Made by a program: the position numbers and the translations under genes. DNA of 62,977 bases, filler included, from Reticulomyxa filosa (Eukaryota; Protista; Foraminifera): the NCBI GenBank assembly GCA_000512085.1. It is 17 parts of 17 records of this genome, joined end to end, with 100 filler letters (N's around TTAATTAATTAA, not from the genome) between each part and the next. Parts side by side here need not be neighbours in the genome. Positions count along the whole stretch, not along the records: positions 1 to 12,436 come from ASPP01004526.1; 16 more parts are not named here. One strand, 5' to 3'. This document shows positions 1 to 11,813 of the stretch, piece by piece (the stretch's first letter is position 1; every line of letters starts with the position of its first letter). The notes beneath the pieces were generated by a model. The model was not told where the DNA came from. It was given only the letters and a program-made list of their open reading frames with translations, and ran no database searches.

Positions 1-139
1 TCACAAAAATCCAACTATTTGACTTGAGGATTCTTGTTGTGTTGAAACGATTTGACCTTTTCGACGATTTTGAGATATATCGATATATCTACTTGTTCTA
101 AGTTTACTTGAAGTGATCTCGAGAGAATCTTGACAATCT

Positions 140-690
140 TTCACGATGATCGCTATCGACGCTTTCGAGAAATTAGCATTCTCGATGTAAATACCAGTCT
201 TTTGTGTTTAGCAGAACTCCGATGGTCGGGTAACTTTTATTGAATCTTGGGCAAAACCGAAACCCACTCGCTGATAATGATGCTTATGAAGGCGATCCGG
301 ACGGCCGAGGTATGTATTTTTTACCCTAATTTTCTCTACTGCAAGCCATGTTGGGACAAAATACCCCACTTGTAATTGGATGTTAAATACACTTTGGAGC
401 ATGTCTGCCACTAGTAAACTATCAAATACCAGTTGCATTTTGGCATTGGAAATGGAATTGGACACAAATAGCATAATGTGAATATCCATAAAACGAAAGA
501 TTCCAGATGATGGATTAACTGATGACATTGCAAAGAAAACAAAGAATCTATCTTTGACGTTTCAAGTTGTATTACACAGCTCAAGTATGGAACAAAACGA
601 GAAAAAAAAATCGATGAAATCACTTTTGGAAACTTGTTGAAAAAAAACAAGCCATTTTGACAATAATTACTTTGTACGAATACGCCAACG
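140..690 (+). pseudogene. Degenerate coding remnant, homologous to the inverted copy at 951-1364
   Basis: 560-682 reads FQVVLHSSSMEQNE..IDEITFGNLLKKNK..FDNNYFVRI with frameshifts and matches the minus-strand ORF 951-1160. ~160-255 matches the reverse complement of ~1155-1240. Confidence 0.55.
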
Positions 691-950
691 ATCGTCATCA
701 GTCCAATCAAATCCAAAGAACTTAAATCAGAAACATCGTTGATTAAATTCCTGTGTCATTTTTGTATCGGCATTTTACTACTTCGTGATTTGCCAGTTCA
801 CAATACTTACATATTTTGCGCTTTTTGTGCATTTACGAACAATATGGTTCAAACTATAGTATTTCCTGCCTGAAAAGCGATTTTATCCTTGATTTGCATT
901 TGTCAAATGACTCCACTTTCACCATGTCTTTCAATATCTTTACAACATCA

Positions 951-1364
951 TCAGTCTTGGATAGCATCACCTAACAATTGGCATCTTATTGAATCGTTTA
1001 ACCTCTTGTTGCATATTCGTACATAGTAATTGTCGTCAAATACCTTGTTTTTTTTTAACAAGTTTCCAAATGTGATTTCGTCAATCTTTTTTTCTTCGTT
1101 TTGTTGCATGCTTGAGCTGTGTAATACAACTTTAAATATTAACATTAATTTTTTGTACAATATTCAGTAAAAGTTACTAGACCTTCGGCGAAACACAAAA
1201 ATTAGTATTTGCCTCAATATTGCAAATTTCTCAAAGACTTCATACATTCTTTGTGCTAAGCAATGTTCGACCTTCTCCCACAAGCCGCACGTTTCCAATA
1301 GAATTGTTATTATCCCAGTTACCATTAGGACAAAATACTCTGTAAGTTTAACAAGCACTTCCAA
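951..1364 (-). pseudogene. Degenerate coding remnant of unknown family (inverted paralog of 140-690)
   Basis: Broken ORFs 1164-1364 and 951-1160 have clear nucleotide similarity to plus-strand 160-255 and 560-682. Confidence 0.5.
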
Positions 1365-1890
1365 AAAACTGTATAAAATTTTTTGGATATTGAAATGTAT
1401 CTTTTCAGATCTTGTTATCTCAGAAACTCAGAACTTCATTCCTTTTTTTTGAGTAAACAAAAAAAAAATGAAAAATTTGCACGCTAATTGAATAACATTC
1501 AACTTGTAAGAACATATAATGGACAATTGGGACAATGCTTAGACGGTTGTAAAAGAAAGCAGTTAGTAATTTAAAATTTACAACAACTCTTGTAATATAT
1601 TGATTAGGCGAGTCAAACTGGCCTTATCGATTTAAGATACAACTCCGCCAATTGAGATATCACAAGATGGAAAAACAATAAAAAAAAAAGAATCAAGAGC
1701 CGACAAACACAGTGCAACAATATTATTATTCTTGGGATTTACAAAAAAAAAAGTTACTTATCCATTTAGTACGCATGACTCTGTTCCATATCTTGAAAAG
1801 TGGAAAATGCTAAAAAGGCCATTGTTTTCTTGTTTTGTTTTGTCTTGAGTGGATGGCAAGCATTATGTAATGTTTTCGGAAGCACACAAT

Positions 1891-3324
1891 TCAAACTAAT
1901 CCAGCCATTTTTAAGCTCAAATTGACAACACATTGCTGAACATCATTAAAGACTTTTTCGACGTTTTCCGCATTGGTAGCAGTGGTGATATGAGAGCTGC
2001 AGAGGAGAGGTGTTATTTGATCAAGCCATATACCATACACCATATGTTATATATCACATGATCTTATATGTATAGTGTATCCTCCCTTCACAAAAAAAAA
2101 ATTAGTGAAACACTCAACAAGGTTTCTCTTTCGGAGTTAGTATTCAGTCTGATAAAGAAATTTTGGATATAGTCGACAGCAGGTTGAAACTCTTGAGGTC
2201 CTTTATAATTGGGGAAAGCGCTGGTGATAGGAGTTTGTTTGATTTTTTCTCGCATTAAATCGGCTTTATTGAAAAACAGAATGAACCCCGTCTTTTCAAA
2301 GCACGAAAAGGCGAGTGTTTCCTCAAACACTTTAATTGACTCGAGCATATTATTGCCTAACTCGACATTCGCGTCCAAATCCGACACGTCTTCAAACGGT
2401 ACTTCATCGTAGCATGCCAAAGACACTACAAACAACACTGCTGTCACGCCTATTTCAAAAAGAGGGACATTATCATTAATAATTAGTTGTTTTTTTTTTT
2501 ATGTATTGTACATATTACATACATAATGTACATATGTATGTATATGTGTACATAAGTATGTATATGTATGCATATGTACCACACAAAATTGTATACAGCT
2601 TATAACCGTCAAAGAAATTAATCCATTTCTTACGTTCACTTCGCTGACCTCCGACATCACATATTTTGAATATGGCGCCATTGATTTTGAATTCCTTTTC
2701 GGTCATTCCCGTGGTTCTATATCGCACGAGCAAAATATCGGTGGTGGCGGGGTCAAAATTGGTCCGCGCGATAATATCAATTTCATCTAGAAAGTGCTGC
2801 GTACTGTCAGGGACGCATATCTTGTTGCGATGGTCAAACATTTTGCGAATTGCCGTCGACTTGGTCCACAGCAGTTTGACGTGGCCAGCCAATTGCTCAT
2901 TCATCACCGCGCTGCCATTGGCAAGGTCCTGTATATACTTGCAACTCTCTGCAAATTGCTCGTCGATCTTATATTGTTCAATTTCGTCGTCTTTTATCCC
3001 CTCGCGCAAGTTTTCTGTTCTCTCGTCTACTTCGTGCTCCTCGTCTGACAATTCGCCTGTCACTAGTTTGCATTGGCGAATCAGGATTTGCATACTCTCG
3101 ATCACCTGTCCATAGATTTGCTTGCGATAACCCTCTTTGTCTCGTGCACTGTATCCATCTCCGTGCAGTTGCTTCAATTGCTTGAAAAATGTCGACTTGC
3201 CACTCCCTCCTGCACCCAACAGCAATAGCTTGTGTACTCGTGCCTCTTGGGCTTTGTCTTTCTCTATCTCTCTTTGCACTTCACGATCTTTGTTGTCACG
3301 AGGACTTCCCAAACAACAGCCCAT
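1891..3324 (-). CDS. Heterotrimeric G-protein alpha subunit; exons 3324-2607, 2449-2119, 1996-1891
   Basis: MGCC N-terminus (myristoylation/palmitoylation), G1 GAGGSGKST, G2 RYRTTG, G3 DVGGQRSERKKW, G4 NKAD, G5 TTAT. GT-AG introns 2450-2606 and 1997-2118 restore the frame, ending LKMAGLV*. Confidence 0.97.
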
Positions 3325-3651
3325 CCTTCAAATCACAATAATTACGGGGAGATACAAAGTACTTTAGTATATTGTCTCTTTGCTTATCTTTCAAAAAGGA
3401 GGCTTTACTTTATTATCTTTTTTTTTTTAAAAAAATTTTTGGTATGCACAAACAAATTTTTTTTTTGCTGAAATGTCTATACAATGTTTGTAGCAGTTGC
3501 AAAGTAAATTAAAATAAAATTAAAATAAAAAGTAAAGAAAAATCTAATCCTACAACAATACAAATAAATTATAAAAAGTTTATTTTCAAAAATCAAAATT
3601 TAATTTGAATTTGCAAAAAAAATCTTTTTAAAAAGAAATAAACACTTTGGT

Positions 3652-4065
3652 TTATTTTCTTCCACCATCTTCGATTAAACGCTTTACCTGCTTTCCATCA
3701 TTTTTGTGTAGCATTTTTCTATCTTGTGGTGTCAAATGAATTTCACCTTTCTCCAAGATAATACGTATTGCGTTTTTTTTGTTCTCTTCGCCTAAGATAC
3801 TTGACCACATTGCGTGGCTTGCCAGTTCACCTTTGTGCACATCAAGGTAAATTTCTTCTTTTGCAACGATATCAGAGATATTCAAGCTTTTTTCTCCTCT
3901 TTGAAAGGCTAGGGCAGCGTGTGGATTCACTAAAATTTCTAATCGTTGTTTTTGCTTGGTTTTAAAGCGACATACTCGGACTTCTGGATTTTCGTCAATT
4001 GCACCAGTATAGCCAGTCTCAATAAATTGTTTTGTCCTCTTAGTAGTTGTTGCTTGTGACATCAT
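3652..4065 (-). CDS. Stand-alone SBDS N-terminal (FYSH) domain protein, Rtc3-like
   Basis: RLEILVNP..A..F..G, IYLDVHKGELAS and IRIILEKGEIHLT..DRK match the SBDS N-domain. The ORF stops at 137 aa with no C-terminal SBDS domains. Confidence 0.85.
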   Translation of the reverse strand: MMSQATTTKRTKQFIETGYTGAIDENPEVRVCRFKTKQKQRLEILVNPHAALAFQRGEKSLNISDIVAKEEIYLDVHKGELASHAMWSSILGEENKKNAIRIILEKGEIHLTPQDRKMLHKNDGKQVKRLIEDGGRK

Positions 4066-4489
4066 AGATTATGTTTTCTTTTTAGGCTTTGTTATTTAAA
4101 ATCAACGAATATTTGCGAAAAAACCCTTCGGCTAAGTTATTACATGCATACAAAAGAAGGCTGCTTCTGTTATTTATACGTGTCAGACATTTATTCGTTT
4201 AAACTTTTGAAAAAACAGCTGAAATAGAGAAGAATTGAAGAAATGTTTAAGTTTGATCAAAGTATAACATTTTATGATGCTCATACAACAGTGCTTTGCT
4301 CGTCTGTTTTATTTGACTGAATAATCTTGTGCTAATTACAAAATTTATTTAGATTTATATTTCAAATGCTCATTCAGAATGTTTAGTAGTAAGTTACCCT
4401 TTAAATTTTCAAAAACTGACTGTTTCCAGCTGTAGTTTTGACATTCATTGTTATTGAAGCATTTGACAGGCAATAGCGATGAAAAAGAC

Positions 4490-6671
4490 AATGAAAACAA
4501 GTGGGCAAAAAGAGAGCGTGAATATCGAAACTAGCAAGTCTGAGAAGGAGGAGGAAAAAAGAGAGTGTCTGTAGTTTGTGCATTAGCAAATTAAAACTCA
4601 AAAACAAATAAGGTATATCACACTGGACCAGTTGTTTAAACGCTTAGAAAAGGGCAAATCGTGGTTTAAAATATTACAAGGTGATGTGGAGAATCTTTGC
4701 AAAACATTTGACGAGTTTCTCGAAGGTAAAGTGACAGACTCCAAACCTGAAATAAAAGAATCAGTTAGTGTAAAAAGTACTTGTATCAATCTAAAAAAGA
4801 AAACGCCAATGCAATGTATAAAAAAAGTTTCTTTTTTTTTAAGATTTCAACAACGTCGATCTTGGAGATTCCAGAGAGGCTGAAAAATTTGAACAAAAAG
4901 GCAATGACGCATCTAGTGGATGCCGAGAAAGCATTGGGATTCAAAACAAAAGACATGACTACAATGCAAAACATCTTGCTTCCAATTCACTATAAAAAAA
5001 AAATGAAAATGAGGAATTACAACAAAAAAGCCAAGCATTGGCTCAATTGTAAATAGTTTCTTTTTTTTTTTTTTTTTTTTTGGGAGCAATCCGACTCAAA
5101 AAAAAACCAATGTACATGCATCCATCCAATTTTTAAAAATGTACAGAGAGCTCGAAAGGAAGACAAAAAAGTCAGTCACACTGTTACTGGTAGGAGAAAA
5201 AGGAGCCGGTCAAACCACTCTACAACAAGCGATTATTGATTATCTACGACAAGTTAGCTTTGAAGATGTCAAGGTAAGAGAAGAAGACGAAATATCGCAT
5301 CATACATTAGCCCAGCGAAATGGACAAAGAAATGAACACCCCCAAACATTGTCATGTGTAGGTGAAAACTCTGAATTGAAGGTAAAAGTAATTAGCACCC
5401 CTGGGTTAATTGACTCGAACGGAGAGATCAGAGATGCCGAAAATTGGGAAGCTATTTCGAATTGCATAGCAAAGCTCGATTTTAATGCCGTCGTTGTAGT
5501 TTTGAAAGGAAACACGAACAGACACCAAGAAAGACTTAAAGAAGGATTGACAAAGCTGGCGTACGTATTAACAAAAGAGGGCCAAAAAAATTGCTTCATA
5601 TTGTTCACAAGCTCAATTTCGGAGCCTGATCTCTCCATCCTACAATTGTTTGACCAAGTCCAGTTTTCGTTCCGCGCTTACGCCTGGCTTGACAATGAGC
5701 GTTATAAAAAAGGATACAACGTCAAACATGCAAGCCATACGCATAAAATGGTGTTTGACCAATCACAAAACACTATTAAGCAACTGTTAACTGTATCAGC
5801 TGTATTACCAGTTTAGTTTTTCTTTATACATCCTCCCCTTTTTGTCCACTCCATTGTTGGTGTATGTACGTATACTTGAGATGTTTTTTGACCCTATCAA
5901 AAAAAAAGTTGTGCCAAGGGAACAAACTGTGCATATTTCGTACAAGTGCCAATGCACAATTGGAAGAATTGCAGCAGTTACGTATAGATATAGAGAATAA
6001 GATTGCGGTGTTGCAGTCTTTACATGAGCTTAAAAGAAAGTTACACTTCCGCGGCGAAGGAGAGGATGTCAACATAGATGAATTGATTGCGAGAGATAGC
6101 AATCTTTCATCTTTACAAATTAAGGAAACTAGAACAGTTTAATTTGTTTAAATCCTCTCTCCCATTTAATGTTGCAACATTTTTTTCTCCTCTTATTTTT
6201 TTTTTTTTTTCTATCAATGTTGGTTTGAAATAGTTTCAAATTATTTGTTCGAAATGCGAAAAGACAAAGACAGTTTGTATGAGAAATTGTTCAGTTTCAA
6301 AAGAAGATAATTTATTCAAGTCCGGCTTATTTCAGATTGAAACTGATCGTAGTGGAACTTTAGCTGTTTTTACAGGTGTCAGTGGTGTCTTTGCTCTAGG
6401 GGCTGCCGCCCTTAGCTTTCCAATTTTTGCTGCTGGGACATTTGCAGCTATTTGTTATTCGGCGGCAAACGCTAAAGCGATATGCAGGAAATGTGGACAC
6501 CCGCAGTCAAGGCATGCCTTAATCACGAACACTCTCGGGTCAAGTGGAACAGTGGTAGACGAGGTCGACAAAGAGATCAAACGAATTTCAACGCAAAAGG
6601 AAGAAATGGAGAATAAAGTTCGACAATTAGAATATCGTTTGGATAATCTTCAAAAAGCTTTTTTCACATAG
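4490..6671 (+). CDS. Multi-exon P-loop GTPase-like protein (AIG1/septin-like fold) with degenerate G1/G3, coiled coils, a Cys/His cluster and a hydrophobic segment
   Basis: TLLLVGEKGAGQTTL and VKVISTPGLID in 5139-5816; coiled coil ~5940-6140; CSKC..C..C and CRKCGH....H flank a hydrophobic GVFALGAAALSFPIFAAG stretch. Exon boundaries and start are approximate. Confidence 0.65.
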
Positions 6672-7450
6672 GAGTGATATAACTCCACTTTTTCCTGTGT
6701 TTGTGGTCTAGGATGGAGCCACGTCGTTTTTAGTCTTGCTTGCACTCCAATTGGTATGTGCGTAGATATGTTGCACATAACAATGACAAAAAAAAAATGA
6801 TGGCTTTAGTTTTAAAATATTTTTTCTTCTTATCTGCACTAGTTATACTTATCATTATTATTTGTTCGTTTTTTAACGTTTTTTTCTTTGGAAAAGAACT
6901 ATTTCAACAATAAAATCGAAGGAACTTTTTTCCCTTCGCCTCTAAACGAACACAGCTTATGTACTTTCGCCAAAACGCTTCTTCCATTATTTTCTCACTC
7001 CTTTTTCCTTTCTTGCTCCTTTTTTGCTCTACAAAAACGGCATTTTTGAGCCAAACAAAGGTCATTTTCAGATAGTGAGCATGGTTCGCAGAAATAAGAA
7101 TAAATGACAACATCAAGATCTATGGCTGAAGATATCAAAGTAAGGCGAATGAAACTAATCGCAGTATTGAACTCAAAAAAAGGAGGCTTGGCTCCAATCA
7201 GATAAGAAAGCAGCATCAATTAAGCAACATCAATCACAAAACATTCTTGTCGTTTTAGTCAAAAAAAACGTGAAAGTAAGCTAAATTTGAGTCATGATTA
7301 CATGAATAGAGTGTTCATAATTCTTTGGCGCAAAAGATTAGTTCGGAAAAAAAAAGGACTGAAAAACCTATTGTTATCACTGTCAAAAAAAATAGTGCTA
7401 TTTGTGCAAACCGCGTTTTTTTCTTTTCAAAAGTATAAAAAAAAATTGAA

Positions 7451-10234
7451 ATGTTGCAAAGCAAGCCGCGTCTACGCCTAGTATTTATCAAAAGTAAAAA
7501 ATCTTATCCCACTGCAGACGTACCAAAAAAAAGATGACAATTGGCACACGACGGATAGAGGCCTTTTTGAAAATTTACAACAGCGCGAGAAACGCTTACA
7601 GTATATATTGCATGCAATAGCCAAGGAACCACTGTGGTTATTGATTAGTACACTTAGCTTATGCATTATATTGGTATTTATTCCGTGCTGTTTGTACTTT
7701 TCCTCTGCCGAAGCAACTGCTGTCGCTCAAGAATTGGATAAGTTGAATCCATCCCAATTGGACCCTTTAAAAATTGATCAAGTAAAAAGTCAAATGCCAT
7801 CGATTATGCAGTATTTGCAAAATGGTGAGTCGCACGCATTTGAGTCCAAAGTGTACAGCTTTATCCACGACTACTGCGAAAAAGAGCTCTCATTTCGGTT
7901 AAACACTGACGGCTTAATTAGCCTTCATGCTAACATTAACCATTTACTGTTCTTGGTGCATTCACATGTTGAGCTCACAAAAAAGATTTCATGTTTTTTA
8001 TTGTTTTTTGGGGATGGATTAAGAAGTCTTTTTTTGGAATAAAAAAGGGTTCAATTGGTTATATGCAACCAAGCAGCGCAATGGTTATGGAAGACGGTAG
8101 TATAATTGATAGTCATACAAAAAACGATCGCTTAAATGGTAACTCGAAAAAAGGGCAATGTTCTTTGTTGCAAGGCGTACTGGAATACGCGAAAGAACAT
8201 GAGACTAAAGATGATAATTCCAAAAAAGAAAGTTTCATATTTGTATTTTAGTTTATCAATTTAATTTGTATTTTTGTTTTGAGATGGACCACAGCAAGTG
8301 GAAAATGCTAAATTTGCAACAACAAAAAATAGGAGATTCGCACGAGACATTCAGTTATGTGTTAAAAGATTTTCGAAGTAACAAGCATGACTTCAACGGT
8401 GACTTGGAGCACGACGCGACACATTTACTACAAATAATGAGAGAGAAATCAACAAACAAAAAGTTTGGAGCGACACTGGACAGCGACCAAGAGTTAGAGT
8501 ACGCGTTAACAGTAGCACTGCAAACGCATTGTCCCGAAGTGTTTAACGAAAAAGAGGCAACAGGAAAAAAGCAAGCGAGTAGCAGCAACAAAGTATACAA
8601 GTCAGTGACAGATGCGTTCGACATAATCGAGCAAGTGATCCATGCAAATGAACAAGGTTTGAATGCACCCGAAGGCATTCGAATTGGATTCAACAAGCAC
8701 GACGGACATGTGATGCATTGGACAGAGTCGGAGCTGCGAGTCAACTCTGAATTTTTGAAGCACACCAAAGACTACAGCATGTGTGTGTTAATGGACTATT
8801 TGATCGCCTTTCAAACAGGCACCAAAGAGCAGCGCATTCAAAAGCTTATCACTGCATTTCAATCCAAACATATTAAATCTTTTTACTTACACTCAAAAAT
8901 GCTATTCAATGAATTTTGTCCATTGCTTTACAGTCGTTTCGATTTATCCTCAACAACAACAACAACAACAACAACGACAAGATAATAGTTTCAACGACTA
9001 TGAATACACCTTTCAAAGTCACTTGCAAGATTTTGTAGATGCGCAAGTGCAAGGATATTTACAGATATCCGACGACAGCGACGGGAATGATTGGGTGGTC
9101 ACTACGCATGGAAGAATCTATCATCGCGATTATGCGCGAGACGTTCATCCGAATGAAGAAGTGATACCGTGTACATTATTCAATGACATTGCACGAATTG
9201 CAAAACAGAATGCCGAATTATCATCATCAGTAGCAGCATCATCATCATCATCTTCGGTGACTACGACTACAATAGTGTTGGCAGCTGTACAAGACGAAGA
9301 AAAATTCGCACATAGCGATCGAACGTTACCACAGCTGAAACACGAACTCGATCAAATGAAACAATTGACAATCGAACAGAAATTGGACCAATTGATCCAA
9401 CATCACGCCAACCATGAAATGTACCAGTTCAATATTTACTTACAAGCCATTGTCATGGAATATCATCCCGATGTTCATTCGTATATGAATGCTGCGGTCT
9501 TTCATAATTTTTTGTACAGTTTGACTGACGCAATTTCGTGGGTTTACGATAATGATTACTCACAATTGCAAGAGCAGAATATCCATTATTTACCCGACTC
9601 TTTCATGACTTTTGACGTATTCGGAGGCAACATTCACTTTCATGATATTACCGACAAACATTTACAACTTCCTGATACTCAAAAAAAGTCCCCCGTTTTG
9701 GACGAAATTATGAAACGAATTGCAAAAAAATTCCTTTTGTTATATCAAAATAATCCCATTCCTAAACCTACTACTAACCCTCAACACGATAGTCTTGTTC
9801 TTAACGTTGGTGAGGGGGAACCCACCACTCAACAGTCACCAGGAAATGAACGTGTTTTATCCAACAAAAAAAAATGCGATAATCACATGGATTTATTGAT
9901 TTTAAGCGCTAAAGATTCAGACATGGTCACTTTCACCAGTGATTTGTCTACGTTGTTAACTGCCCAATGTCTCAATGACCCGGTCTTTGTCCAAATTAAA
10001 GACTCTTCATCGGTTTATCGGTTGTTTCGATTAAATGTTTATTACTGGTTCCAAGAATTGTTTGCAAAAGGACAAGATACAGCAAGCAACAATAAACGTC
10101 TAATCTTTAATAAGGATGGAACTCTGCTTTCCGATAATCCCAGCCAATCCGCGTCCAATTCAAATGTCGGACAATGTCAATATTTGAATGATTTGGTAAA
10201 TTGTGCTTTCAATCATTTGTCGAAATACAGATGA
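7451..10234 (+). CDS. Large uncharacterised single-pass or secretory protein with about five diverged internal repeats
   Basis: Collinear ORFs 7608-8042, 7991-8251, 8266-8985 and 8909-10234 can be joined by introns (8933-8981 GT-AG is phase-consistent). TM/signal-anchor LWLLISTLSLCIILVFIPCCLYF. The ATG at 7451 is in frame if one A of the run at 7525-7532 is removed. Confidence 0.7.
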
Positions 10235-10803
10235 CTCGCTTGATGAAGCCTCAAATGTTGGCTTTTTTTGTTATTTTATAGTGTAAAGATGAAAACTCGT
10301 TCTCTTTGCAAACTCACATCTTGCAAATGAAAAAAAATAATATTTATGACTATTTTGTTGCTACATTTCTTGTCGTATATATACTCCAAAGTACATGAAA
10401 ATAGTTTGTGTAGTTTTTTACAAATATTCACTACTCCATTCTTGGCCATGTAGCAAATGTTATATTTTCCATACTATTCACATTTCTTCCTTGCAAAAAG
10501 TGAAACAAAAAGAAAATTTATTTCAGAAGTCTACAATTGAATTACTCGACTGACTGTGGACAGAAGTTCCTGCTGAACTATTGATCCCTTTTTAATCTAA
10601 TAACATACTTTTGTACTTCTCTCTCTCGCACTTTCTTGCATTTCATCTGTTGATTCGTAACAATCTTTCTGCAATTGACTCATTTTTGAAAATAACTAAA
10701 GATAGTATCAGCAAAAAACCTTTCGTATTACACTTTTGCGACTAATGTAAATGATATTTTTCAAGTGAAAAATGAAAATGATAATGAAAAATGAAAAAAA
10801 AAC

Positions 10804-11108
10804 AACATCGACAGGGCTTGAATCCTGAGAGACGACCACTATGTCAAAGTGATCCCTGTAGGTTAGCTTGGGCCCCCTAAGAGCGAAGACATGTGCTTTA
10901 GGGAACTGGTCACCAGCTTATGCGATAGCAGCCTACAGAGCACATGCCCATAAGTGGCTTGTGATGGCAGTTCGCAGATAGGGCCCAATCTGGATGGTCT
11001 CAACGCCCTTGTCTACACACTACAAGGGTTTTCAACCTCTCACATACAGCCCTAGGGCGATACAACCTGTGAACTGTTTGATCCACCACTGTATCTCATC
11101 GATGTTTT
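10804..11108 (-). ncRNA. Candidate ~300-nt structured non-coding RNA, family unassigned (probably Pol III)
   Basis: 50% GC (151/300 counted for 10801-11100) against 13-17% in the flanking 60-mers. Terminal stem AACATCGATG/TGTCGATGTT and several internal helices whose G-U pairs favour the minus strand. A T-run follows immediately downstream, with TATA-like sequence at about -30. Confidence 0.6.
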
Positions 11109-11813
11109 GATATATATTTATTTCATTTTTTACTATATATTCAAATTTTTCTATCATAATAATTTTTTGGTGAATTTCATTATTTTTGAACAAGATGATC
11201 AGCTTTTCCACAAAAAGGTTCAATATAATTGCAATTATTTTTTCCCAGCTGATGACCGTATTGCCCCTTAGTCTTTGTATTCCACTTCTGCACAGCAAGA
11301 GTTAGCACAGTCAAAGTGTAATATGAAAGTAGTTTTATTCTGGCAACAATTCTCGTTAAATGAAACAAATTAGATAAGAAAACAATCACAAAATACAAGT
11401 TAATAAAAGTTTTGATGAAAGCGAAAGGCAAACTTTTAAGAAACAAGACTCACAGTCCCTTCCTAATTGTAATAGTTGATATAGTATCTCCTTACGAGAA
11501 ATTGAGCAACACAATCAGAAATAACATATATTTTACATATAATGAGCGAGATAATATTCATATATGTTTGGAATTGACGCAGTTGTCGCATTTTTGAAAA
11601 AAAAAACAGAATATACTACCTAATTACTGGATTGATACTGTATAAACTGTACTTATGAGATTTGTGCTAATTGAAAATATGCAACGTCAAGGACGTAAGA
11701 TTTTGATTATAGACAAACTAAACAGCAGATTCTAATACACGACAATTAAAAAAGGCTACAAGTTTTTAAAAAGCCTGTTAAGGGTCGTATATATAATAAT
11801 AAAATAACGACAT

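Noticed and set aside
10804-11108. Naming the GC island as SRP, RNase P/MRP, U3 or tRNA
   Set aside because: Only scattered short resemblances (CAGGGATCA, T-loop-like GGATTCAAGCCC); the diagnostic motifs are not present in the right arrangement.
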